A stretch of DNA of 64,000 nt from an uncultured Gammaproteobacteria bacterium (GTDB lineage Bacteria > Pseudomonadota > Gammaproteobacteria > Pseudomonadales > UBA5518). Numbering within the stretch: the first letter of the stretch is position 1; every line of letters starts with the position of its first letter. A program made the translations under genes and the position numbers. Location of the stretch: positions 2,980 to 66,979 of the forward strand of contig CAIYPF010000143.1 in the NCBI GenBank assembly GCA_903928015.1, in the 5' to 3' direction. The notes beneath the pieces are model-generated. The model saw only the letters and a list, made by a program, of their open reading frames with translations, was not told where the DNA came from and did not search any database. This document shows positions 17,337 to 26,822 of this stretch, in pieces.

Positions 17337-19328
17337 TCAGAGCTCCCAGCCTTCCCGTTGCAGTTCGGGTGCAAGGATGTCGATCAGCGGCGCGAGTTGC
17401 TCGCCGTAGGTGCGCCATCGACCCAGCGCACTGTCGTAGAGCGGGAGCCGCACCTGCTCGGAACTCGCCGTGCGCACGGCTCTTTCGGTCTCGTGGAACC
17501 TGAGGCAGCGCTCGTCCCACGGCAGCCCGCAGAACTCCAGCAGCCGTCGGGTCTGGGCCTCCTGGTCCCGCACCATGTCCTCGTAGCGGATCTCGAGGAC
17601 CTGCCCCGGCAGAACCTCGCTCCAATGGGCCATCATGCGCCGGTACTCGAGGTAGAAATCAGCGAGCTCCTCGAGGTCGTAGGTGAAGCTCTGTCCCTGT
17701 GCAAAGTGCTGGCGATAGCAGCCAAGGCAACTGTCCAGCGGGTGGCGTCGGGCATCGATGATGCGGGCCTGCGGCAACATGAGGCGGATCAGGCCAACGG
17801 CGGCGAAATTGTTGGGCATCTTGTCGGTGAAGAAGGGTTTGCCGCTGCGGTGACGGCGCGTGCGCTCCAGGTAATCGCGGCCAAGCCCGGCAATCTCCGC
17901 ATCCGAGAGCCGCGCCAGCGCCTGCGGGTAGCGCTGCTCCGGGTGCCGCCGCGTGATCTCCGAGATGGCGCGCGCGATGTCCGGCAGCTCGGCGGTGCCC
18001 TCGACCAGCGGGTGGCTCGCGAGGATCTGCTCGAGCAGCGTGGATCCGGAGCGCGGCAGCCCGACGATGAAGATCGGCACCGGCTCGTTCTCGCGCCCGG
18101 TGGCGCGGCGTGCGGCGAGGAAGTCCGGCGTGAACACCGCACGGATGCGCTCGTGTTGCGACTGCGTGTCTACCGGATCAAAGGCAACACGCATGCGCTG
18201 GGTGGAGTTCGCTTCCTCGTAGAGCGAGAACGCCTCTTCATGACGACCTTCGTCCTCGCGCGATTTGGCCAGCGCAAAGCGGAAGTGCACCAGCGCGTCC
18301 TCGTCCAGCGTCGCATCGGCGGCACAGCGCTCCATGGTCGCGATCTCTTCCTGCGTGAAGCGGAAGGTCTTCAGGTTCGCGAGACTCCAGTAGACCTCGC
18401 CGAATTCCGGACGCAGCTTCAGCGCCTCGCGGTAGGCATCGATGCCTTCCTGCTGCCGGCCAAGCGTCTTCAGCAAGTGGCCCAGACCGATCCATGCACC
18501 GGGATTGTCCGGACGCAGACGGATGGACTCGTGGTAGGCGGCCACCGATTCGTCATAGCGGCGCGTGAGCGCGAGCATGCTCGCGTGGAGGTATTGCGCC
18601 AGCGGGTTGCGCGGACTGCGCGTCACGACCTCGGATGTGGACTCCACCGCCTGCTCGACCTTGTCGCGCTGCTTCAGCACCCGCGCGAGATCCAGCCTCG
18701 CATCGTCGAAATCCGGGGCGAGCGAAATCACGCGCCGCAACAGGCGCTCGGCCTCGGCGGGGCGCTCGGCCTCATCGGCCACGCGGGCGAGCATGCGGAG
18801 CGCATTCACGTCGCGCGGGCGCGCCTCAATCACGCGCCGGAGCAGCGGCTCGCTCTCGCGCATGCGTCCGGCACGCTGCTCGGATGCGGCCTGCAACAGC
18901 AGCCTGCCCGCGGGCCCTTCGTCGAATTCCCGCCCGAGGAGTGCGTCCGCTTCTTCTCCCTTGCCCTGCGCGACCAGAGCCTGCGCCAGGCGCCGGCGGG
19001 TAGCGACCGAGCCGGGGTCCAGATCCACGGCCTTCTGCAGGCTCTCCACCGCCTCGTCCACACGGCGAAGCTGCAGCAAGGCACGCCCACGCTCCTCCCA
19101 GGCTCGCGGATGTCCCGGCGCGATCTCCACCGCAAGATGCAGCGAGTCCAGAGCCTCGGAGGGCTCGCGCAGGGCCACGAGGCTGGCTCCGAGGAGTGCA
19201 AGAAGATCAGGGTCCCGCGGTGCCACGCCGAGCGCCTCGCGGCACAGCACGGCGGCAGCGGCTGCATCGCCCTCGCGAAGGCGATCCAGAGCTGCGCGAA
19301 AGGCAGTGACGGCGGAATCCGGTGGCAT
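17337..19328 (-). CDS. TPR-repeat protein with C-terminal sulfotransferase domain
   Basis: 663 aa. The N-terminal ~350 aa are TPR-like helical repeats. The C-terminal domain has the PAPS 5'-phosphosulfate-binding loop IFIVGLPRSGSTLLEQIL. Confidence 0.8.
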   Translation of the reverse strand: MPPDSAVTAFRAALDRLREGDAAAAAVLCREALGVAPRDPDLLALLGASLVALREPSEALDSLHLAVEIAPGHPRAWEERGRALLQLRRVDEAVESLQKAVDLDPGSVATRRRLAQALVAQGKGEEADALLGREFDEGPAGRLLLQAASEQRAGRMRESEPLLRRVIEARPRDVNALRMLARVADEAERPAEAERLLRRVISLAPDFDDARLDLARVLKQRDKVEQAVESTSEVVTRSPRNPLAQYLHASMLALTRRYDESVAAYHESIRLRPDNPGAWIGLGHLLKTLGRQQEGIDAYREALKLRPEFGEVYWSLANLKTFRFTQEEIATMERCAADATLDEDALVHFRFALAKSREDEGRHEEAFSLYEEANSTQRMRVAFDPVDTQSQHERIRAVFTPDFLAARRATGRENEPVPIFIVGLPRSGSTLLEQILASHPLVEGTAELPDIARAISEITRRHPEQRYPQALARLSDAEIAGLGRDYLERTRRHRSGKPFFTDKMPNNFAAVGLIRLMLPQARIIDARRHPLDSCLGCYRQHFAQGQSFTYDLEELADFYLEYRRMMAHWSEVLPGQVLEIRYEDMVRDQEAQTRRLLEFCGLPWDERCLRFHETERAVRTASSEQVRLPLYDSALGRWRTYGEQLAPLIDILAPELQREGWEL

Positions 19329-19433
19329 GCGTGAGGTCCCTGCAAGACTCGCGGCATTCTAGCCAATTGCTTCCGCCGCGGGCGCTGCAGCCGCTAGCAT
19401 GGCCACGTCCTTCCAACCGGACCGGGAGTCACC

Positions 19434-20819
19434 ATGAGAGTCAGCGCCACCGCCCTCCTCGTCGCAGCACTGTGCAGCAGCACAGCGGCGTCCTCAGCAT
19501 CTCTTCCCGCGGACACCGCCCTGAAAGCCCGCGCCATCCTCGAGAAAAGCATCGCCAGCCCGACGGTGGCCGGACGTGGCGAGGTGCCGGCTCTGGCGCA
19601 GTGGCTGGCGCTGCAGTTGCGCGAGGGAGGCTTCAAGGCGAGCGAGATCGAGATCATTCCCGTCGGCGAGACCGCGGCATTGCTCGCGCGCTATCCGGGA
19701 AAGGACCGCTCCCTCGCACCACTGGTTCTGTCGGTACACATGGACGTGGTGGAGGCGAAGCGCGAGGACTGGGTCCGTGACCCCTTCCGTCTCATCGAGG
19801 CCGAGGGATTCCTGTTCGGGCGCGGCGTCTCCGACAACAAATTCGACCTGTCGATGCTGGTCGCCTTGCTCGCGGAGCTGCGCGGAAGCGGCTATGTGCC
19901 CGACCGGGACATCGTGCTCGCGCTGAGCGGCGACGAGGAAAGCACGATGGAGAGCACACGCGTGCTCGCCGAACGCCTGCGCGGCGCCTGGCTGGTGATC
20001 AACGGCGACATGGGCGCAAACCCGATCGGGCCCGATGGCAAGGCACAGGCCGCAATCGTGCAGGCCGGCGAAAAAACCTACGCCACGTACCGGCTCACCG
20101 TGAGCAACCCGGGCGGTCACTCCAGCCTGCCGCGTGACGACAATGCCATCTACCAGCTCGCAGCCGCGCTAGGGCGCATCGGCGCGCACCGTTTCCCGGT
20201 CGCGATGAACGACATCACGAAGGCTTACCTTCAAGGCGTGGCGCCACGCGCGGAACCCGCGATGCGCGCGGCGTTGGAGCGCTTCACGACGGGCGCCACG
20301 GACGCCGCCACGCTCGCCACCGTGACCTCGAACACCGAGTACAACGCCATCCTGCGCACGACCTGCGTCGCCACGATGCTGGAAGGCGGCCATGCCGAGA
20401 ACGCACTGCCGCAGCGCGCCAGCGCCACCGTGAACTGCCGCATCCTGCCGGGCACGGAACCGGAGACGGTGATGAGGGAACTCGAGCGCGTGGCCGCAGA
20501 ACCGGCCCTGCGGATCGAAGCGACCGCACCGGTTTCGGGTTCGCCGGCCTCGCCCCTGCGCAAGGACGTGTTCGCCGCCATCCGCAAGGCCGTGGATCTG
20601 CAACACCCCGGCCTGCCCCTGCTGCCCTACATGTCGGCAGGCGCCACCGACAACAAGTACTACCGGGCCGCGGGCATCGACAGCTACTGCGTGGGGAGTT
20701 TCTTCATGCGCCCGGAGGACGACTTCTCGCACGGCCTGAACGAGCGTGTGCCTGCAGATGCGATTCCCGGTGCGCTGGCGTTCTGGGATGCGCTGCTGCG
20801 CGAGCTGACGCGCGGCTGA
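19434..20819 (+). CDS. Secreted M20/M25/M40-family metallopeptidase / amidohydrolase
   Basis: 461 aa. Signal peptide MRVSATALLVAALCSSTAASSA. Motifs VHMDVVEA, GRGVSDNKFDL and LSGDEES. Confidence 0.8.
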   Translation: MRVSATALLVAALCSSTAASSASLPADTALKARAILEKSIASPTVAGRGEVPALAQWLALQLREGGFKASEIEIIPVGETAALLARYPGKDRSLAPLVLSVHMDVVEAKREDWVRDPFRLIEAEGFLFGRGVSDNKFDLSMLVALLAELRGSGYVPDRDIVLALSGDEESTMESTRVLAERLRGAWLVINGDMGANPIGPDGKAQAAIVQAGEKTYATYRLTVSNPGGHSSLPRDDNAIYQLAAALGRIGAHRFPVAMNDITKAYLQGVAPRAEPAMRAALERFTTGATDAATLATVTSNTEYNAILRTTCVATMLEGGHAENALPQRASATVNCRILPGTEPETVMRELERVAAEPALRIEATAPVSGSPASPLRKDVFAAIRKAVDLQHPGLPLLPYMSAGATDNKYYRAAGIDSYCVGSFFMRPEDDFSHGLNERVPADAIPGALAFWDALLRELTRG

Positions 20820-20828
20820 GGGCGCCGC

Positions 20829-21386
20829 CTAGCGCTCGATACGCTCTGGCGGCACGTAGTCGAAGATGAAATTGATCCTGGCCTCGGCGCCCTTGTTCAT
20901 CACGCTGTGCGTGAGCAGGTTGTTGATCTCGTAGGCCTGCCCCAGCTCGAAGCGGTAGGGCCGGCCGTCGATCATGAAGCGCACCCGGCCGTTGGTGGTG
21001 ATGGGCACATGTATCCGGTGTCCGAAGGCAAACGAGGGGTGGCTGTCTCGGTGCGGCGTAATCACCTCACCTGGCAGCAGCTTGGCCGCCATCGCACGGA
21101 TGATGGTGCCGCCCGGAGGGTAGTGCCGCGCGAGAATGTCCTGCATGAGCGGCACGGCTGTGTCAGCGAGCAGGTCCCAGCCCGCCTCACGGCTCACGCT
21201 GATCGCGGGCCAGCCCGCCCCGTCGGTGAAGACCAGCACGACGGACTCCGTGCGCCGGTGCACGTCATAGTCTTTCTGGCGCCGCTGATCCTGCAGCCAG
21301 TCCCCGGCAGCAAGGCCGAGAATCGCCTGTCGCAGCGGCTCCACGTCCACTGCCCCGAGTTCGCGGATCGGAATGCCTATGTCCAT
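20829..21386 (-). CDS. Aspartyl/asparaginyl beta-hydroxylase-family (cupin, 2OG/Fe) protein
   Basis: 185 aa. Motifs PHRDSHPSFAFGHRIHVPITTNGRVRF and INFIFDY. Confidence 0.7.
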   Translation of the reverse strand: MDIGIPIRELGAVDVEPLRQAILGLAAGDWLQDQRRQKDYDVHRRTESVVLVFTDGAGWPAISVSREAGWDLLADTAVPLMQDILARHYPPGGTIIRAMAAKLLPGEVITPHRDSHPSFAFGHRIHVPITTNGRVRFMIDGRPYRFELGQAYEINNLLTHSVMNKGAEARINFIFDYVPPERIER

Positions 21387-21419
21387 GTGCGCCTCGCGCC
21401 CCTCGGTGCTGCCGGCAAC

Positions 21420-22115
21420 TCAATCCAGCGTGCCGAACATCCTGTCGTAGAGCATGGTGATGGTCGCGTAATTGCCCATACCCATGTTGATGTGGTGCAC
21501 GTGGTGCTTGTGTATGAGCCGGTTGATCGTCTTGAAGGGGAAGTTCGGGAGGTCGCATTTGGTGTGGTTGACGGTATTGAGCTCCACCCAGACCCAGAAC
21601 AGCACACCGAGCGTGAAGGCGTTGTAATTGCCCAGCACCGCGACCATTCCCAGCACGGTGCCCAGGAACAGCGTCGTGCCCATCACTGTCTCCACCGGAT
21701 GCACATAGGCCGAATCGATGTGGCTCGGGTCACGCGCCTGATGGTGCAGTGCATGGACTTTCAGCAGGATCGGGCCGTGGAACAGGAAGCGGTGCATCAG
21801 GTAATAGAAAAAGTCGTAGACCATCAGTACAGCCGCGATGTCGAGAACCGGCTTCCACAGAGGCACGGGCTGCAGGTTCACGAAAAAAGGCGCCACCACG
21901 AAGAAAAACAGTCCGTAGGCCACTGCGCCGATCAGCCGGTTCTGCTTCACGATGGGCGGGTACTTCGCCTTGGCGAGACGCTCCTCGTCTTCCTTGCGGT
22001 TCCATTCGCGCATGCGCGCCACGGCCGGAATGCTGAAAGCGATCTTGCGCCCCACGAAGGTGAGCGCCATCCAGGTGCCAAGCAATGCGACGCCTGCCTG
22101 CCAGTCATAGTTCAT
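21420..22115 (-). CDS. Fatty-acid hydroxylase / sterol-desaturase superfamily membrane protein
   Basis: 231 aa. Hydrophobic, with histidine boxes HRFLFH, HALHH and HKHHVHH. The ATG overlaps the stop of the upstream regulator gene (ATGA). Confidence 0.8.
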   Translation of the reverse strand: MNYDWQAGVALLGTWMALTFVGRKIAFSIPAVARMREWNRKEDEERLAKAKYPPIVKQNRLIGAVAYGLFFFVVAPFFVNLQPVPLWKPVLDIAAVLMVYDFFYYLMHRFLFHGPILLKVHALHHQARDPSHIDSAYVHPVETVMGTTLFLGTVLGMVAVLGNYNAFTLGVLFWVWVELNTVNHTKCDLPNFPFKTINRLIHKHHVHHINMGMGNYATITMLYDRMFGTLD

Positions 22116-23158
22116 GTGCGTGACTCCTCCATCTGGCGCTGCAGCAGCAGGGCGAGTGCCCGTACTCCCTGCACGCCGAGTTGTTGCCTGAGACTGCGTG
22201 CCAGCCGGCCGAGTTCGTCCGGCGTGGCAAAAACTTCCTGCTCCAGCCCGAGCGCGGTGTAGAGCGCGGCCGAACGTGACTCGAGCGTAGCGAGACCGCG
22301 TACACCGAGAATCTCCCTGAAAACGGCGGAGAGATCGTCTACGGAGGCGATGGAATCCTCCCGCAGCCGGACACCCCGCGGTGTCAGTGCAAGCGTGGTC
22401 TGGCGCGCGTCGTCCGGATCCGGGTTGCGACAGATGTAACCCAGCGCCTCGAGATCCCGCGCTACCGCACCGATCGCCTGCTTGCTCACCTCCTGGATCC
22501 GCGCCATCACCTGCATGCGGCCACCTGCAGGACCGATCAGGGAGAGCACCTGTCCATGCGATATCTTGAGGCCCGGGTGTCCGCGGGCGCGGGTCCGGTC
22601 CATCAGGCTCTGCATCAGAAAGCGGCTGAGCGGCGCCATCATGACACCGAGCTCCGCACCCGCAGGAGGCGGGGCACCACCGGGATTGCAGGGCAAGCCC
22701 GTCACCAGCCGGCTAACCACGCGCAGGAAATCGTCGAAGGCATCCTTGCCGATCAGTCCCGCATAACCTTGTTGCAGGCAGCGGATGGCGGAATGGCCGT
22801 CGCTTTGCAGCGCAAGTCCGCGCTCGGTGAGCACGATGCGGCGCGCCCTGCGGTCATCCGGATCCGCCTCACGGCGCAGATAACCCGCACGCTCGATTTC
22901 GTCTGCAGACTGGTTGCACGCCTGCTTGCTGATGCCGAGCGATACGGCCATGTCGGTAAGGCGGGAACCCGAGTCGCCCAGCAGGGAAATATAGGGCTCG
23001 AAGCTCAAACGCAGCGAGGTGTAGCCCTGCTCCTGAAGCAGGCGCATCGACCCGGTTTGCAAATGACGCGCGATGCCGATCAGGTGCCGCGGCAGGTTGC
23101 TGCTGTAGCGGCTCCAGAGTTGCTGTTGGCGATCGGAATGCGGGGCGCTTCGGCTCAT
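22112..23158 (-). CDS. Tandem (duplicated) MarR-family transcriptional regulator
   Basis: Two MarR wHTH units in one chain: LTDMAVSLGISKQACNQSADEIERAGYLRREADPDDRRARRIVLTERG and VMARIQEVSKQAIGAVARDLEALGYICRNPDPDDARQTTLALTPRG. ATG 23158 is used; ATG 23194 is an alternative. Confidence 0.75.
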   Translation of the reverse strand: MSRSAPHSDRQQQLWSRYSSNLPRHLIGIARHLQTGSMRLLQEQGYTSLRLSFEPYISLLGDSGSRLTDMAVSLGISKQACNQSADEIERAGYLRREADPDDRRARRIVLTERGLALQSDGHSAIRCLQQGYAGLIGKDAFDDFLRVVSRLVTGLPCNPGGAPPPAGAELGVMMAPLSRFLMQSLMDRTRARGHPGLKISHGQVLSLIGPAGGRMQVMARIQEVSKQAIGAVARDLEALGYICRNPDPDDARQTTLALTPRGVRLREDSIASVDDLSAVFREILGVRGLATLESRSAALYTALGLEQEVFATPDELGRLARSLRQQLGVQGVRALALLLQRQMEESRT

Positions 23159-23216
23159 CGTCGCGATAGTAAATACCCATTGACCAATTGGCAACGCGCA
23201 CCGACCAACACGGGCC

Positions 23217-24101
23217 TCAGCGCGCGGGCCTCAGGTTCACCAGCACGATCCCGCAGACAACCAGCACGGCTGCAAGCAGGAAGCGGGCGCCCGGTGCCTC
23301 GCCCATCAGAAGAACGCCGAAACCCACGCCGAACAGCGGTGTCAGGAACGAGAACACCATCAGACGACCGGCCTGATACCGCCCCAGCAACCAGAACCAC
23401 GCGAGATAACTGGCGAACGCGACGATCACGACCTGAAAAGCCAGCGACAGCAGGACCTTCGGCGCCGGATCGAAGAGCCCGCGCTCACCGAGCGCCGCCG
23501 CCATGCCGAGCATCATCACGCCCGAGACCGCGAGCTGGTAGAACAGCACCTTCGTAGCCGTGATCCGCGCGAGCACCGTGGCACGGATGAGAACCGTGGT
23601 GGAGGCCCAAAGGAAGGCCGCCATCAGGCCGAAAGCATCGCCGGTCCAGTTGCCTCCCGCCCCATGGTCGGCGAAGGCAAGCACGATACCCCCGAAGGCC
23701 AGCGCGATGCCCGCCGCCTGCGCAAGCCCCATGCGCTCGCCCGGCACCAGCAGATGCAGGCCGAGCGCCGTGAAACACGGCGCGGTGTACATGAAGACCA
23801 CCAGCCGCGACACCGGCGTGCGCTCTGCAGCAGCGAAGATCAGGGCGAACTCCAGCCCGAAGAGCACTCCCGACAGGAGACCCGGAACGAGCGAGCCGTC
23901 ACGTCCGAAAAGCGGAATGCGGCGCGCCCCCGCCCAGCCCACCAACAAGAGCGCCGCGAGCGCCGAACGCATACCGCCCTGGAAAACAGGAGACATGCCC
24001 ACCACGCCGATCTTGATCGCCACCTGCTGCAGCCCCCACAGGGCGCAGAGCAGGACCATCACGCCAAAGGCGAAGGGGCCCGGCGGGGCTCGGGTATCCA
24101 C
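23217..24101 (-). CDS. DMT-superfamily (EamA-like) transporter
   Basis: 294 aa, about 10 hydrophobic helices, with the two-repeat organisation typical of EamA. Confidence 0.75.
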   Translation of the reverse strand: MDTRAPPGPFAFGVMVLLCALWGLQQVAIKIGVVGMSPVFQGGMRSALAALLLVGWAGARRIPLFGRDGSLVPGLLSGVLFGLEFALIFAAAERTPVSRLVVFMYTAPCFTALGLHLLVPGERMGLAQAAGIALAFGGIVLAFADHGAGGNWTGDAFGLMAAFLWASTTVLIRATVLARITATKVLFYQLAVSGVMMLGMAAALGERGLFDPAPKVLLSLAFQVVIVAFASYLAWFWLLGRYQAGRLMVFSFLTPLFGVGFGVLLMGEAPGARFLLAAVLVVCGIVLVNLRPAR

Positions 24102-24114
24102 TGCAGCGCGCGGA

Positions 24115-25050
24115 TCAGGCTACGTGGAACTGCGCGGCCCAGCGGCGGAAGCGCGCCACCGGACCATCACCGTCGCAGAGCTGCGGGTGCTCGAGATAGA
24201 TCTTGTTCTCCCAGATCGGGATGTCGTCCGTGAGCTGGCGGTTCACTTCCTTCACGAAGGCCTGGCCGATGCGGTCGATGCGCGGATCACGCGCGGGGTT
24301 GCGATACCAGATGTGGTTGTGCTGCTCGGAGACGTCCGACTCTATGGGCACGTTGGTGGTAACCATGCACATCTCGGCAAGCGTGCGGTAGCGGACGATC
24401 GCATAACCGAATCCGTAGGCATCGGTGCCAAGCGTGCCCTGGACCGGCCCCTGGGAGCCAGGGAACTCCTGCGTGCTGCGCATCGTGAGCGTGGTGCCTT
24501 CGAGCAGGAACTCGTCGTATTCGGCCGGCCCGGGATGGTGGTGGATGGTCTGGAAGTGCGCGGCATCCGCGGTGTTCTCGGCCATTTCCTGCAGGCAGGT
24601 GCTGATGCGATGCCCCTGACTGAAGGGACCCACCCACTCGGGGTCGCTCGCCTCGGGCACCTCGGGAAGCGCATAACGCGGCGCGATGCCATCGGGGTGG
24701 TACCAGGCCATCAACACACCGTGGCGCTCCTGCACCGGGTAGGTGGGAAGACAGGCTTTCTCGTTGAGGCGTTTCGCGTAGTCGATCTCCGCGACCCGAC
24801 CCTCTGCATTGAAGCGCCAGTGGTGGAACGGGCACTCGACCAGATTGCCCTTCACACGCCCGCCCACGCCGATATTCGCGCCGAGGTGGGGGCAATAGGC
24901 GCTCTGCAGATGAGCCACGCCATCCTCTCCGCGCCAGAGGATCAGATCCCTGCCGAAGCAGCGCAGCGGCTTCAGCGCGCCGGGCGCAAGATCCGCGGCG
25001 TATCCCGCATGAAACCAGCCCCAGGGCACAGGAAAGGAATAACGGCTCAC
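24115..25050 (-). CDS. Rieske [2Fe-2S] oxygenase, KshA-like
   Basis: GTG 25050 is preceded by GGAGA and is preferred over the longer ORF start at 25167. Rieske ligands CPHLGANI...CPFHHWRF. Confidence 0.8.
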   Translation of the reverse strand: MSRYSFPVPWGWFHAGYAADLAPGALKPLRCFGRDLILWRGEDGVAHLQSAYCPHLGANIGVGGRVKGNLVECPFHHWRFNAEGRVAEIDYAKRLNEKACLPTYPVQERHGVLMAWYHPDGIAPRYALPEVPEASDPEWVGPFSQGHRISTCLQEMAENTADAAHFQTIHHHPGPAEYDEFLLEGTTLTMRSTQEFPGSQGPVQGTLGTDAYGFGYAIVRYRTLAEMCMVTTNVPIESDVSEQHNHIWYRNPARDPRIDRIGQAFVKEVNRQLTDDIPIWENKIYLEHPQLCDGDGPVARFRRWAAQFHVA

Positions 25051-25066
25051 GGGATGTCTCCTTGTC

Positions 25067-25468
25067 TCAACTGCGCGGGCGGAACACCGGCGCCATGAAA
25101 GCCGCATGTCCCCGCGGATGCAACTCGCGGAAGCACAGCTCGAGCGGCATGCCGCAGCGCAGGGCATTGAAGTCGCACTCGACGATCTGCGTCACCAGAC
25201 GCACGCCGGGCACGGCATCGAGTTCCACCAGCCCGGGTGCATAGATCGGTTCGAAGAGCGGATTGATCGGGCCGCGCACCACGCTGAACGCGTAGAGGCT
25301 CGCATCGCCTGCCACCTCTCTCCAGTCGTAGGCCGTGCCGTCTTCACGCGGATACCAGCATGCTTTGCCGGTGGCAGGATCGAACGGCAATACGAGCCGC
25401 TGCTCACGCGCAGCCGCCCAGAACGGAGCCGTGATCGCATTGGCCGACGCGGGACCGAAATCAGCCAT
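25067..25468 (-). CDS. DUF35 OB-fold protein (thiolase/aldolase partner)
   Basis: 133 aa with the typical DUF35 layout (ITAPFWAAAREQRLVL...; OB-fold tail). Sits directly downstream of a thiolase-like gene, with a 1-nt gap. Confidence 0.7.
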   Translation of the reverse strand: MADFGPASANAITAPFWAAAREQRLVLPFDPATGKACWYPREDGTAYDWREVAGDASLYAFSVVRGPINPLFEPIYAPGLVELDAVPGVRLVTQIVECDFNALRCGMPLELCFRELHPRGHAAFMAPVFRPRS

Positions 25469-25469
25469 C

Positions 25470-26720
25470 TCAGGCCCTCCTCAGGATGAGCGTTGCAGCT
25501 TCATCAGCGGTGAATCCACCGTAGATGCCGACGCGCGCGTCCTGCACCTGGTTGGCCGCCTCGCCCCGCAACTGACGCACCAGCTCCACCACGTGGGCGA
25601 TGCCGAGCACGTAGGCGTGCGACATCAGGCCGCCGTGCGTGTTGCAGGGAATGCCGCCCTGGCTTCGCGGACGATCGAAGTGAAGTCGCTTGTTCTGCAC
25701 GAAGGCACCGCCCTCCCCCTTCGCGCAGAAACCCAGGTCCTCGATCATCATCAGTGCCGTGATCGAGAAGCAGTCGTAGAGTTCAAGCACATCGATGTCG
25801 CGGGCGCTCATATCGGCCATGGCGTAGGCCCAGGGCGCGGCGAAGGTCTGCGGCGTCGCGCTCATCACGCCCTGCTGGCTGATGTAGGGCGCATTGGCAA
25901 TGATGCCGTGGCCGAGGCCCGCAAGCTCCACCACCGGATGCGGCATGTCGCGCGCCAGCTCCGGGGCACTCATCACCCAGGCGGCGGCGCCGTCCGAGAT
26001 CAGGCAGCAGTCTTCCACGCGCAGCGGATCCGTCAGCATGGGCTTGGCGAGGTATTGCTCGAGCGACAGCGTCTTGTGACGCATCACAGCGCCCGGATGG
26101 CCATTGGCGTGACGACGGAAGGCCACGGCGAGTTCGCCCAGCTGTTCTTGCGTGGTGCCGTACTCGTACATGTGCCGGCTCGCCTGCGTGGCCATGTAGA
26201 CGGGCTGCGGATACCAGCCATAGGGCAGCTCGTAGAAGGCTTTCATCGCCTCGCCGGCATGCCAGTCACCGGGCGTGCCGGTACCCGCGGCGCGACGGCT
26301 CGCCCAGTCCACCGAGAAGACGTTCACGATGTGGCGCGCCTTGCGCGAGCGCAGCGCCTCCGCGGCGTACTGCGTGCAGGTGGCGGCCCACACCATGCCG
26401 CCGCCTCGCTCGCTCAGCCACATCTCGTGCGAGGTGCCGAAGTGACGGTGGAAATCCTCCACGCGGATCTGGTCTGCCACATGTGGCGTGTACATCAGGC
26501 CGTCGATGTCGGAGGGCTTCAGGCCCGCATCGGCGATGGCATTGCCGATGGCCTCGAGCGCCATGTCCACGGCCGCGCGCCCGGACGGGCCGCTGAACGC
26601 CGACTCACCGACGCCGGTGATGGCGAGATCCCCGCTGATGTCCGCAATCCCGGCCGAGCGGCCCCAGTCGAAGCGCCCGGCGCGCTGCTGCAGTTGTTCA
26701 ATGCTCTGTCTGGCTGGCAT
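25470..26720 (-). CDS. Thiolase-like (SCP-x / lipid-transfer-protein type) enzyme
   Basis: 416-aa thiolase fold (DCCLISDGAAAWVM, NTHGGLMSHAYVLG). Pairs with the DUF35 gene as in Ltp-type systems. Confidence 0.75.
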   Translation of the reverse strand: MPARQSIEQLQQRAGRFDWGRSAGIADISGDLAITGVGESAFSGPSGRAAVDMALEAIGNAIADAGLKPSDIDGLMYTPHVADQIRVEDFHRHFGTSHEMWLSERGGGMVWAATCTQYAAEALRSRKARHIVNVFSVDWASRRAAGTGTPGDWHAGEAMKAFYELPYGWYPQPVYMATQASRHMYEYGTTQEQLGELAVAFRRHANGHPGAVMRHKTLSLEQYLAKPMLTDPLRVEDCCLISDGAAAWVMSAPELARDMPHPVVELAGLGHGIIANAPYISQQGVMSATPQTFAAPWAYAMADMSARDIDVLELYDCFSITALMMIEDLGFCAKGEGGAFVQNKRLHFDRPRSQGGIPCNTHGGLMSHAYVLGIAHVVELVRQLRGEAANQVQDARVGIYGGFTADEAATLILRRA

Positions 26721-26822
26721 GGACGGATTCCCCCCTTGCGGGGATCATCGCGGCCAGACCAATTGCAGTAAACGGTTTTGATGCGGAAACTGGGCCGCGT
26801 GAACTGATGGCAATCTCCCCGC

